Source: Obrimoposthia wandeli | Taxonomy: Eukaryota | Direction of reading: 5' to 3' | Assembly (NCBI GenBank): GCA_977020255.1 | Contig: CDROCS010001060.1 | Span: 186,001 to 249,099, forward strand | DNA length: 63,099 bases | Part shown: positions 11,113 through 22,282 of the stretch, in pieces | Numbering within the stretch: the first letter of the stretch is position 1 | How the letters are laid out: every line of letters starts with the position of its first letter | Notes under the pieces: generated by a model | What the model was told of the DNA's origin: nothing | The model's input: the letters and a program-made list of their open reading frames with translations, nothing else | Databases searched by the model: none | Program-made: the position numbers and the translations under genes

Positions 11113-12339
11113 GTGTTGAGACTTTTATGAGCCGTTTGAACCTCTTTCTCAATCGCGCAATAAAACATTTCAGATATTTCCCATCTTTTTACTCTTCTCG
11201 GATTGTACATCCAAAATGATCAAATTTCCGTCATGTAAATATTTAATTTAATTTCTATTGGTAATTTCATTTCATTTTTCCTTTATGGAGATTTTAATCG
11301 ATTATCTAAATCCATAATAAAATTATTTAATTGAAATTTAAAATGTGCTTGAGAAAATTATTAAATTAATTTGAATTTCTCTTTGATATTTGGAGCTGCA
11401 AAATAAAACGCGATAGAAATATTTGTATGGATGAATGCTCAGATTATCGTACTCGCTGATCATAATTTATCTTTCATTCGATATCCGGGCCTCAGAGGAG
11501 CGTACTGGAAATCTCTCCCAACAATTCACGGCCAATATCGAAAGCATGGACGAGTGCTGATGTCCCCATTGGTTCTGCAGCCTCTGCATGGCCGCTCATT
11601 AATTACATCTCACGATTTATTGAATGCCACTTCGTCATTTCCAACATTTAGCGACATAATCCCACTATGGTCCCCCAATGTCCGTCAGTCCGCACGTCCC
11701 AGACTTAGACCGGCACGACCACACAAATTCCTGTTACATTTCCAGAGGTGTCCACAGATTTTGTCGCGAGGGCTTTCTAAAATTCGATGTTCTCATTGAA
11801 GGAGTATTTTAACTAGATTATAAATGGTGTTATGAAACAGCAGCTCGTACAACTAAAGAGCGTTTATGAGAAGCAAAGTACAAAAGAAGACACTTTCGTG
11901 TCAAACTAAATTGTCCAAATATGGCATAGCATAAAATATTCCGCAAAATATATTTAAAATGGCTTTATTTGATTAATTTAAATTACCTCATTTAAATAGA
12001 GAATATGATGGTCTATTTATTTTATTTTAATAAATTAAAATTTATCTTAAACAAAGATTTATATTTGACTCATTTGTATCTTCCTCTTAAGTGAATTAAA
12101 ATAATTCATTCCCATAATTCTTCTTTACATTTCTAAGTTAGCAAATCAATAGTAAATTTTCAACTAAATCGCAATTTTTAATTAACATGCGAAAGACACC
12201 TAAAAATAAATTTTTTATTTCGAGTTATTTTGGGAAATTCCACATTTATTTGATCTTTTATTGATAAAAGATTGGGAGAAGGACGTCATGAAGTCATAAA
12301 ATTGCAAATGTGTATATGTTACGAATGAAAATGGACAAT

Positions 12340-13222
12340 TGTTGGGCAAGAATCTGAATAAATAAACTTTCAAAATTGTTAAGATGTTAATTGACAATTG
12401 TTGGGCAAGAATCTGAATAACTAAATTTCCAAATATTTTATTATTATATCAACGTGTTAAAGATGCCCGGATTATACAAAATCAAAAGAAAAATTTTCTC
12501 CAAGTGATATTTTTGTCACTGTTATCATAAAATCCAACTGTTTTATACAATAACTTCTTTCGGTTTTTCGATTCTGATCGGTTGTGCCATGTTCACGTCA
12601 GTTAATTGCAAGAAGTATTTTTGGGTAGATTTGCACACCAAAAATATCATAGAACAAAATTTGGGTAATATATAAACACACCCGTGTGAACACACACACA
12701 GAAACATTGTAAAATCGATGTGTCAAGGAAACTATTGAAATAATTGTGCCATGCATTATTGGATTTGGTTTGCCACACTGGAACCGATCGAGGAGGATTG
12801 AACCTGACGTCACGTCCAGAGATAACTCCACTAAATGCCAGGAGATTGTAACGTTTTGACGTTCATCAAAGTGCATCCAGAATTATTATGCACTGTCTGA
12901 GAGTGTGTGTATGCGTGAATGATGATGATGTTGCTGATGATGTCGATGATGATGGTGATATTGCTGATGCTGTTGTTGTTTCTGGATGATGATGATGCCT
13001 CTCCGGATGATGATGTAGGAAGGTGGAGGAGAGAGGCTGCTGTTACTGGGCGGTAAATCTTTGGCGGTCAAAACCGCTTATCTAGCCGCCTCCCTGACGA
13101 GCCTGGCAAGGCGAAACAGGGGTATTATCCTGTCGGAGGCTGATGATGAATACCTCCCTGATTGTGGACACCTCAGTAAAATGTCAATTTAAATTGACAA
13201 AAGTTAATTTTAAATCCCAACA
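12340..13222 (-). repeat. 3' LTR of element C, copy 1 (about 883 bp)
   Basis: TGTTGGG...CCCAACA terminal inverted repeats, preceded on the minus strand by cccccataggag. The left boundary could instead be the second repeat at 12399. Confidence 0.78.
13088..13140 (+). ncRNA. Type I hammerhead ribozyme, antisense to element C
   Basis: GCCUCC CUGACGA GCCU-GGCA-AGGC GAAAC AGG-GGUAUUAU-CCU GUC^GGAGGC. Predicted cut after 13134. Confidence 0.93.
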
Positions 13223-13556
13223 CTCCTATGGGGGTAAACAAAGTCAGATCTCTGACGTTTTAAAAACAAAAATAGAAATAATGTCCCGTTTAGTATATAG
13301 CTGTCCAACGTGACTTCCACAAAATAAATTACTCGAGTCTGTTAATGTAAAGATAAAATATAAAATTTTGATTTTACACTTTTCATATCCACAAGCAATA
13401 AGACATTTAATGAATGATGCATAGTAAAATATTTTACTACTCTAAATGCTGTCCTCAGAATCAGTGGAGCAAAGGTCCATGACCTCAGGCAGGCTAGTAT
13501 TGGTAATGCTGGGGAGAGAGACCGTCAGTCCACATTCTTCTATAAGTTCTTGCTCT

Positions 13557-14528
13557 CTATGGAGGAAAATGTTTCGGGTCCATTGTGTGTACGAGGCTAG
13601 AGTGGGTATCCTTTTGTATTTCCTTATTGAAATACCACGAGACCATTCGAGCGAGTCCAGCTTGTTCTCTACGATTGATCTCTAATCGAATAGTATGTGT
13701 TGCTCCTAGATCCACCGTCTGCGAAAAATCGTTTTTCTGTAGTTCTAAAACCTTGAGGTAATTGGTTATTCCCGTTCCTACAAAAATGTTGTCTTTTAGC
13801 AAAGACTGAACGCGTTGTAACACTTCAACAGAATCAGGTTGGTTTCTTAACTTACGTTCGTTGAGGCCTTTTATTCTTGTCATATAATTCCTGATTCTGT
13901 CTCTGCTATTGCATTTTGTATCCAAAACGATTTGTCCACTTTTGTTCATTATAGTAATGCTGGCTAGGGTGGGTTGTTTGTTCATTTTTACTACCATTTC
14001 ACAATCGACAAAAAATATTTGAGGATTGTTGTGATATTAAAATGGCAGACTTGAACGGGACTAGGTCGCACAATTTGTTCTATGAATAATATGTTATGTC
14101 CACCCGACAAACGAATCATCAAATCGGGAGTTATTTAATGTAAGAGTGGTTTTGTAGGAGAATGCTTGCTTTTCTTGTGTTTTAAAAATCCACAGCCTTT
14201 TGCTACGTGAATCTCAATGTCCGTGCAAGTAGGTAAAAATTTCATCAACTCAAACAGTCTGTTCTGTTGGCTTTTTTCTAGTTTTGTTGAGAATTATGCT
14301 CTGTCTAGGGGTGTCTCTTAATTTGATGCTATTTGGAAGCTGGGTCTGATTGTCAAAAATCTTTATTCCGTAATGGTTATGGAAATACCTTGTTCCAAAC
14401 TACCTTATTTTTCCATAAAGGAACTTAGCCATTTTTGGACGTTGTTCTGCTAACTAGACTGACTTCTCTCTCTTACTCTGCGGCACAACCTGCCAGTTCA
14501 AATAAGGATTTGTACTTGTGGGTTCCAT
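13557..14528 (-). pseudogene. DEDDh exonuclease of element C, degraded
   Basis: FFVDCEMVVKMNKQPTLASITI. The upstream region translates to AKFLYGKIR*FGTRYFHNHYGIKIFDNQT, homologous to A's AKFLYQKMRQFNIAYFRNNGGRKMFSNQT. Stops, frameshifts and altered ExoII/III acids are present. Confidence 0.8.
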
Positions 14529-14907
14529 CTGTAGGGTATACAGATATAGTAAAAAAAAAATTGATTTTACATGCAAATATAAAATTTGTCAAATGTTTAT
14601 AAAATGAAATGTTCGTGTCAGATTTTTTGTCTCTTTTTGTTTATCAAAAGTCTGTAAATCATTTTATTTTTATGATGTAACAAGCTCAATCAAACAGGTA
14701 TATAAATAAGATATAATTTTTTCATTCTTTACTACATATTCTTGTTACTTCTATTATCAATATCAATATATACATATCTATATAAATATATTCGTTTTTA
14801 TTTATTCCTAATTTTTATTATGACACTTTAACTAAAGTTAATGAATATTAATACCCATTCATAAACATATTTCCTTTCCAAATCATGCCATAAGCTCAAA
14901 CTAATTC

Positions 14908-15189
14908 TCAATTTTCTTTTAATTTATATTTTAATTTACTCACTGTGGATTTACTAATTTTCACACCGAAATCATCACTTTCTCCCGGTTGAAATCCCAT
15001 TAAACGATTAATTACTGATCTCAATGATACAAGAGAGTTTAACGCTTCTATGAGTCGTCGTACTAATAATTCCTGATTTGTTTGGCTATGTTCTAATCTT
15101 TCATTTGCAACGTCAAAAGCATTATTCATTCGCTCACATTCCATTTCCTTGTCTTTCAAATGCGATCGCAGATTTATATTTTCTATCAA
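14908..15189 (-). CDS. Coiled-coil accessory protein of element C
   Basis: Homologous to 4079-4447 and at the same position. Also present at 43046-43252 and about 54170-54375. Confidence 0.6.
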   Translation of the reverse strand: MIENINLRSHLKDKEMECERMNNAFDVANERLEHSQTNQELLVRRLIEALNSLVSLRSVINRLMGFQPGESDDFGVKISKSTVSKLKYKLKEN

Positions 15190-15727
15190 TAATTTATTTT
15201 CCCATTTCTTCTGTCTCTTATATCTTCTTTTATTATTTTGTACTATTTTTTAATTTCTCATTTCTAAAATGTTAATAATTTTTGAGTTCATTTTTACTAT
15301 TTTCAATTTAAACTAAACACATACGCACTTTTCTTCATTAACATTATAATTACTTTATTTTATGATTAGTTTTTATTTTAGTATGTCAATTCGTGTTTTT
15401 ACTTGTATGAAAATTTTATGAAGATTTTTCTCTTTTCTTCTTATTATTCTCAATTATTGTATTTATTGATATGTTAGATGAGTTTGAAGAGCTAGGTATG
15501 ATAGATGTTATAAATGGCCCAGGAGGTTTACAATATTTTGTCCGATAATGTTTTTTGAAAATTGTGTTATTTTTTACTTTAATGACTTTCCATGTTATTT
15601 TTATGATTAATGTAAAGATTTCAATTATTATGATTGTTACAAAAATTTTCTTGTTATTTATATTTTTTGAGTATTTTTGTTTATTAAAGTGTATTTTTAG
15701 ACTTTCATTAAATGATTTATATGGTAT

Positions 15728-17106
15728 TGTTGGAATATTAATTAAAAGAATTAATTAATTTTTAAGTCAATTTAAATTGACATTTAATATTTATCTAAAA
15801 TGCCCACAATTAGGGAGGAATTCAAATTCAGCCTCCGACGGGGTGGTCCCGTTTCGCCTTGCCAGGCTCATCAGGAAGGCGGCTTGATAACAAGATTAAA
15901 CACAATGATTTTTCCGCCCAGCAATAGCAGCAGATGCGGCGGCGGTCTGCCCTTTCTCGGCCAGCGACAAGTCTGGTCCAGCTCCTCCACCATCCTTCCC
16001 CGTATTCCCCGTCATCCTAATCGGCAGTCTGAACAGCGACATTTCCCGGCTGCACATGATGACACTATCGTGCACAGACACCGATTCGTCTAGCCCAGAA
16101 CGAGATGGCCCATTCAACAGACTAGTATCCCAACACATACATCATTGTCTCCCACAAAATTTATCTTCCTTCCGACTGACAATTTTCTCTTTCTTTCTCT
16201 CCCAGTTTGTATGGTGACATCTGTATTTATGTGTGTGTACAAAATTTGTGATATCGATTTTTGACGATACATTTTGTGTGTGTGTGCGAGCCGGGGATTT
16301 CAGCAACAACAGCATCATCAGCAACATCATCATCATCGGCATCGTCAATATCATCAGCATTTGTGCCAGTGTGCTGTCTTTCGCACAGACACACACCGCA
16401 GTCTATCAATCTCCTTCTATGCCACAGCTGCAACATGCACTTTCCGCGATACTGCGATCCACCGTATCTCCCTACTTATCAATCTCCCTTTTTCCACACA
16501 GACCATCCTAACCAGCAGCATGTCAGTGTCAGGATGACCACCATCGCACTGGGTCAGTTTCGAAGTCCCCTCCTTCTGTAGATTCATCTCCGTATGTCAA
16601 GTGATTGAGATCTCCACAGTCATCATTGGTTATTGGAAGCGAATTTCAGTTTTGTCTGTCGTTCAGTGTGCGTGTGTTCAATCAAGGAATTTAACTATAT
16701 GTGTGTGCTGTGATTTTCGCTGTGGTTAGAGGAGACAGTGTTTGTCTGCGTGTTTGATCCCGATCATCGATCGGTAAAATTCTGCACAGCAGTTTTGTTT
16801 TCCTCTGACATATAAACAGCATGATTTCTGTGAAGCTTAACACACAAAAATATACAACATTTCAACCTGTTAAAAAATTGAATCATTATTCAAAAGATAT
16901 TTTCCCTGGAACTTATTAACAATTAAACAAAGACAAGTATTTGAACCTATCCAAAAGTTATTTTCGCTGGAACTTATTAACAATTAAATTAAAGACAAGT
17001 ATTTGAACCTATTCAAAAGATATTTTCCATGGAACTTATTAACAATTAAATTAAAGACAAGTATTTGAACCTATTCAAAAGATATTTTCCCTGGAACTTT
17101 ATAACA
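15728..17106 (+). repeat. 5' LTR of element B copy 1 (about 1379 bp)
   Basis: TGTT...AACA ends, followed by AT then TGG (PBS). Homologous to 43820-45141 and about 56146-57573. TATA-like catataaacag near 16810 and ~58-60-bp repeats at about 16890-17106. Confidence 0.88.
15831..15880 (-). ncRNA. Type I hammerhead ribozyme, antisense, in the B 5' LTR
   Basis: Minus strand: GCCUUC CUGAUGA GCCU-GGCA-AGGC GAAAC GGG-ACCAC-CCC GUC^GGAGGC. Confidence 0.92.
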
Positions 17107-17108
17107 AT

Positions 17109-17121
17109 TGGTGAGCTCGAC
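17109..17121 (+). promoter_or_regulatory. Primer binding site, probably tRNA-Trp-like
   Basis: TGGTGAGCTCGAC lies 2 nt after the LTR end and matches the avian retroviral Trp PBS TGGTGACCCCGAC at 11/13. Identical at 45144-45156. Confidence 0.65.
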
Positions 17122-17568
17122 TAAGAGCACAGAAACAAGGATAGAATTGCAGGTCATATTTTATTATTTTATTTTATTTATGATATTTTATTTGATAAAT
17201 TTGTATATTTACCTAATTTTTTTTTATTATTTACTGATTGTATTTATCATAATTACATTTAATTTAAGAGTTTACATAACTCCAGATTAACATCTATTTA
17301 TTATTGCTTTTAATTGATATATTACGTTTAATTACGATTTTTTTACATTTGATCAGTATCTACATTTACATAAAAACTTTATTTACTGAGTAGTTGTCAT
17401 ATATACAGTTGATTTAAGATTTTATTTACTTTGATTTTGTGGATACCATTTGTGTTTATTGGAGGATTAGAGATTTCGTTTACATTTTTAACTATCGTTT
17501 ACTTATATATTGAATATTTTTATTTTTACTTAACGATTATATTTGTCATTTTTAAATTTCCACTATAC

Positions 17569-17807
17569 TTGAGGTGTTTGCAGCTTTGCGCACAAGCCTC
17601 GTAGGTCCAAAATACATTTTCATAATTTTCATATAGTTGAGGTGTTTGCAGCTTTGCGCACAAGCCTCGTAGGTCCAAAATACATTTTCATAATTTTCAT
17701 ATAGTTGAGGTGTTTGCAGCTTTGCGCACAAGCCTCGTAGGTCCAAAATACATTTTCATAATTTTCATATAGTTGAGGTGTTTGCAGCTTTGCGCACAAG
17801 CCTCGTA
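17569..17807 (+). repeat. 68-bp tandem repeat in the B 5' leader (3 full units and 1 partial)
   Basis: Units start at 17569, 17637, 17705 and 17773. Copy 2 (about 45608-45710) has only 1 full unit and 1 partial. Confidence 0.93.
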
Positions 17808-18954
17808 AGATTAAACATAATTTTGTTTCCTGAAACATAGTCGGGTCCTGTTCTCTAATTTTCTTTTATAATTTGATTTGTGTTGATCATTTTAATCGTA
17901 AAGGTTATAGAAAAATAATTTATTGGTTTTCAGAGTTCTGTTCACATAAAGGCTAAACACTGGCTGTTGTCGGATAGAGTTTTGAACCCTGACAAATATA
18001 TTAAAAAAGTAATCAACAAACGAAGAACAACTCAAATACAAAATATTTTGAGAAAATTTTAACATTTTGCTTTGAACTGGTTTACCAGTAAAGATTCGTT
18101 TTTTGAGAACTATAAATTGGAGTGGATTTATCTATTAGAGGCGTAAAAGTAAAATAAAAAACTAAAAAGATAATAAAAGTTAAAATAATCATATAAATAT
18201 ATGTTTGTATAAAAAATAAAATTGATCAAAAAATTTAAAATTTTGTCGCAAATTGTCTTGTTTCCCAAGTTACGTCGAGTGCTATCATATAAAGACTTTA
18301 TACTGGTTGGCGGTGGAAGGTCTCAAAGTGATAAGGGACAGAGATTATTGAGATAAATTTTTGAGTCTTGTTATTGTACTAAAAAATTAAAAAACAAAAT
18401 AAAATAAAACTTCGGAAAGATAAATTTTCTCCAGAGATTTTCAGAGAGCGTGTTTTTAATATTGATAAGAGAGTTTGATTTTGAGATTGACTAAATAACT
18501 TTTACGAATTTCACCGAAATATTTTTAGTTTCAGTACGCAGTACGCATTTTTCATTTTTCGCAATATTTGATTTTGAAACTCTAAATAAATTACTAATAA
18601 CACAAACCCAAAGATCTATCACAAAAATAGACACACAAAATAAGAAAATAAAAACGTAGCGCTAGCCTTCACTGGAGAAGAATTCAAACAAGATTAGTTA
18701 GGACAGACTCCAGTGAAAAAACGATTCAAAGACCCAAATCACAAATCAGTTTTACAACAAATAACGATTTACTTACACAGACTTCCCCACTCTCAGAACA
18801 TCTGGACCTAACATTAACCTCAGATACAGAGAGTTTACCTTCACCACAAACATCTGACTCGGATAGTTCGTCAGAGATAACGGCATCAGTAGCCGTACCA
18901 GAACCACCTATTGTACAAATAAACAACGAACAAATAATCGATCAACCTCAAATA

Positions 18955-20273
18955 ATGGCTGAACATAAATTAAATGTTCCTTTAGACGCTTTCAATGGCG
19001 ATAAATCTTCACTACCCGAATTTTTAAATAGATTTGATTCATTTGCTCAGGCATTTGAATGGACTAATGTAGAGAAACTTAGGGTTTTTCCGGCGTATTT
19101 AAAGGGCACTGCCTTAACAATTTATAGAGGATTAAATAATGAACAGAAAGACACATGGGACCATTTAGTTCAGAATTTTCAAAATATGATTTTAGGAGCA
19201 CAGTCTGAACAAAATTACCTTAACCAATTTAGGCAACGTGAACAACATTTGGAGAACCCACAAATATTTTTGCAGTTGAATTACGAAGATTAGCCTTAAA
19301 ATCATTTCCCGGAATTGAGGAAGTCTTAAGAGAACGTTTGCTCCTACATCAATTTCTATATGGGCTAAACAGTAAAATAAAAAATCACCCAGCACTACTA
19401 GAAGTAGAAAATTTTCAACAAGCTGTAAATAAGGCTCAACTTGTAGAAACAAGATTAAACATGTTACAACAATCTGAAGTTTCAGCATTAACCTTTGAAA
19501 AAATACAAAGACCAACAACACCACCAAATTTCAATCAAACTCAAAACTATAACCCAAATACACAATCTAATTACCAAAGCCAACAACAATATACACCACC
19601 GACAAATAACTTTTATAGAAATCAAACAAACAGAAACTATACAGACTCACAAATTACACAAAGATCTTTCCAAAAATGTACAAATTGTGGACTGCAAAAT
19701 CACACAATAGAGAATTGTTATAAAATAACCAACAACAAATTTTGTAGATTTTGTAAAAAAGACAATCATACTATTGAAACTTGCCGAAAATTGTTATACA
19801 GACAAGGTAATAATATAAGACCACAAAATAATAACTTTAACAATCCTAATAATAATTTCAAAAATACAAATAGTAATTTTAGAAGCCCATATAATAATTT
19901 CAATAATCAAAATAATCAAGCTAAATATTTTAATACTAATACAAAATTTTGTAAAATTTGTAATATGAAAAATCACAATACTGCTGAATGTAGCAAACTA
20001 AATACAATGATGAACCAATTTGGTAACACAACAATAAAACAACAACAACCACAACCACAGAGTCAAAAAACAGTACAGTTTAACAATCAAATTCAACAAT
20101 ATGCTTCCAGAAACCCAATACATACTATTGAAAACACTGATATAACTCAGGAAACAGAAGAAGTTGCATTGATGAGATTAAGGCAACAAGAAATAGATAA
20201 TCGCTACAAAGAAACACATCAGCAATACCAAAACAATGAACAAAACACAAATAGTACCAACTCTCAATCCTAA
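18955..20273 (+). pseudogene. gag: gag of element B copy 1 (frameshift near 19250)
   Basis: DAFNGDKSSLPEFLNRFDSFAQAFEW...FPAYLKGTALTIY capsid-like N-terminus and three C-x2-C-x4-H-x4-C knuckles (CTNCGLQNHTIENC, CRFCKKDNHTIETC, CKICNMKNHNTAEC). Confidence 0.9.
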
Positions 20274-20487
20274 TTCGGAGAAATATTTAGAAATGGTTGT
20301 CTAACATTAGAAAAAAGAACACAAATAAGTACAAAAATAAATCAAACCACTCAAACACAAGATACAAAATCGAAAAAATAAAAATAAACGAAAAACACCA
20401 AAAAATAGTAAAAAGTCAACTCTTAAAAATACATATAATTTTAACAAAATCATCCAGAATTTATGGAAAATAATTCAAATAATATTT

Positions 20488-22282
20488 ATGATATGTATTA
20501 TTACAAATATAATAAAACCAGTTAATGCCTTGGAAGCGTATGATTGCTCAAAATATAGTATTCAAAATAAATATTCCTTAATGGATTTACAACAATGTGC
20601 TGATGCCGACCCAAACGAAGTAAAAATCAAAACCACCAAGTTATTCCATGTATACCAGGAAACAGATTTCATAAATACAGAAGTTTACGAGTGTAGGGTA
20701 CACGTAGAAACATTCATAACATATTGCGGACAACACAGCCATAATTCAATTGTCAAACCTGCACTAGGAAAAATACCAATAATTGTCGATGCACTAAATT
20801 GTAAGGACGCTTTTGCAACAGGAGAACTAAGAATAGATAGAGAAATTAAAGTACGAGCAGTAAAAAATAAAATTATACAACAAATGATTACAGTAGTAGG
20901 AACAATAAAATCTGACGGTGCATGTACAACAGGCACATACGTTGTGATGGGAGTCAAACAAAGTGGTTTAGTAGTTATAAAAAACTTTGAAGTAGAACTA
21001 AGAACGTTCAAGGCAACATTTGACCCATCTACAAATAATATGGTAACTATGCCATTTTGCGAAGCAAATATAAGTCATTGCAATACAGGATCCTCAATTT
21101 TATATTATAAGGTAAAAACAGACCAATGTAAATTAATACTCCTAAAATCTGAAATTTTTCAAATAATTCAAGGTCAAAGATTTAAAGATGACCCGGAACT
21201 TGATCAAAGAGTGCCAAAAGATATACATAAAAAATATAGGACAAGAAAAATTCAAAAAACATCAACCCCAACTATTTTAATGTCAACAGAACAAGGTTCT
21301 GGAATGCGATTTATTAAAAAGAAAGAGGAATCCCGATATGGACACTCTATTTATACAACTAATTATAAAGGAATATATTTAAGTAAAGAAAAAATATATA
21401 ATGCAAAAACGACACCAACAAAGTTTGACATAAAAAATTACGATTATTTTAATAATAAATTAGATTATTTTTATCACAAAGGATTAATGACAATAGAAGC
21501 AATTTATACAGAAACGATAATGAATGACTGTAAATTAAACCAAGAAATTTTGAAAACAAAATTGGCAATTATTGCTACAAATCCAGAATTAATAACACCA
21601 TTATTACCACTAGCTGATGGTACTTTTGGAAGAGTAATGGGAGAAGTGCTATATACTTATCAATGTAAAAAAGTAATAGTTAATATAAGAAATCATAATA
21701 AATGCACTAAAGAATTACCAATTTCATACAAAAATCATTCATTATTCGTAGAACCAATCACCAAAATAATACTTTTAATACATACAGTATAAAGGAAATG
21801 AATTGTTCAAACATAATGGCACCTCATTATCAAATCTCAAAGGATATTTGAATATCACTCCCAAGAAGAGACATAGTTGCTCAACCATTAAAATTACAAT
21901 TAACTGACCTCAATAACGACATAGAAATAAAATCAGACAATGAACTAAATACAAAAGGTATATACATACAAGAAGACATAGACAAATTAAGAAAATACAT
22001 TTTATTTCCTCAAATTAGATCACGAATTTTAACACAAATAATTGAAAGATCAGTACCAAACGGAATTGGCCGTCCTGATTACGATTTATTACTTTCTCCA
22101 AATCATTTTATAAAAGCTACACAAAATACAATGTCAAAAATATGGGGAAAAGTTTTAATTTTTGGTCAAGCATTTTCTGGACTTGTGGGAATATATGCAT
22201 TGCTGATATGTTTTAAGATCCTTTTGAGTCAAATTTTATCTATATATTATATTTATAAAGTTGGTGGATTGACATGGAAACT
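20488..22282 (+). pseudogene. env: Chuvirus (Monjiviricetes)/gB-type class III fusion glycoprotein, env-like, B copy 1
   Basis: Signal peptide ...ICIITNIIKPVNA|LEAYDC; YECRVHVETFITYCGQHSH; YFNNKLDY...DCKL; GEVLYTYQC; KGIY..EDIDKLRKYILFP; C-terminal FGQAFSGLVGIY TM region. This pattern is recognised from chuviral G proteins. One frameshift near 21780 and one stop. Confidence 0.85.

Larger units (their letters stand above)
12340..15727 (-). mobile_element. Element C copy 1, 3' segment (FN3 tail, coiled-coil ORF, exonuclease, LTR), interrupted at 15727 by element B
   Basis: Same gene order as A 3565-8164 but on the minus strand. 15416-15727 translates to IPYKSFNES...IFVTIIIIEIFTLII...CKPPGPF, matching A's ISYKSFNES...CGSPGPF. 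Confidence 0.85.
15728..22282 (+). mobile_element. Element B copy 1: 5' LTR, leader, gag and env; 3' half deleted
   Basis: LTR, PBS, gag and glycoprotein follow in order. Identity to copy 2 stops at gacatggaaact (22282), where the sequence switches to minus-strand element C. Confidence 0.9.

Noticed and set aside
16129-16135. CCCAACA as the 3' end of a ~400-bp B LTR
   Set aside because: Homology among the three B LTR copies continues to about 17106, where the PBS begins.
17569-17807. CRISPR-like appearance of GC-rich repeats separated by AT-rich stretches
   Set aside because: The would-be spacers are identical, so it is a 68-bp tandem repeat; eukaryotic context and no cas genes.
18726-18926. 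Antisense ORFs opposite gag, env and TRAF (e.g. 18726-18926, 20685-21011, 10210-10575, 36798-37160)
   Set aside because: Shadow ORFs of the real coding strand.
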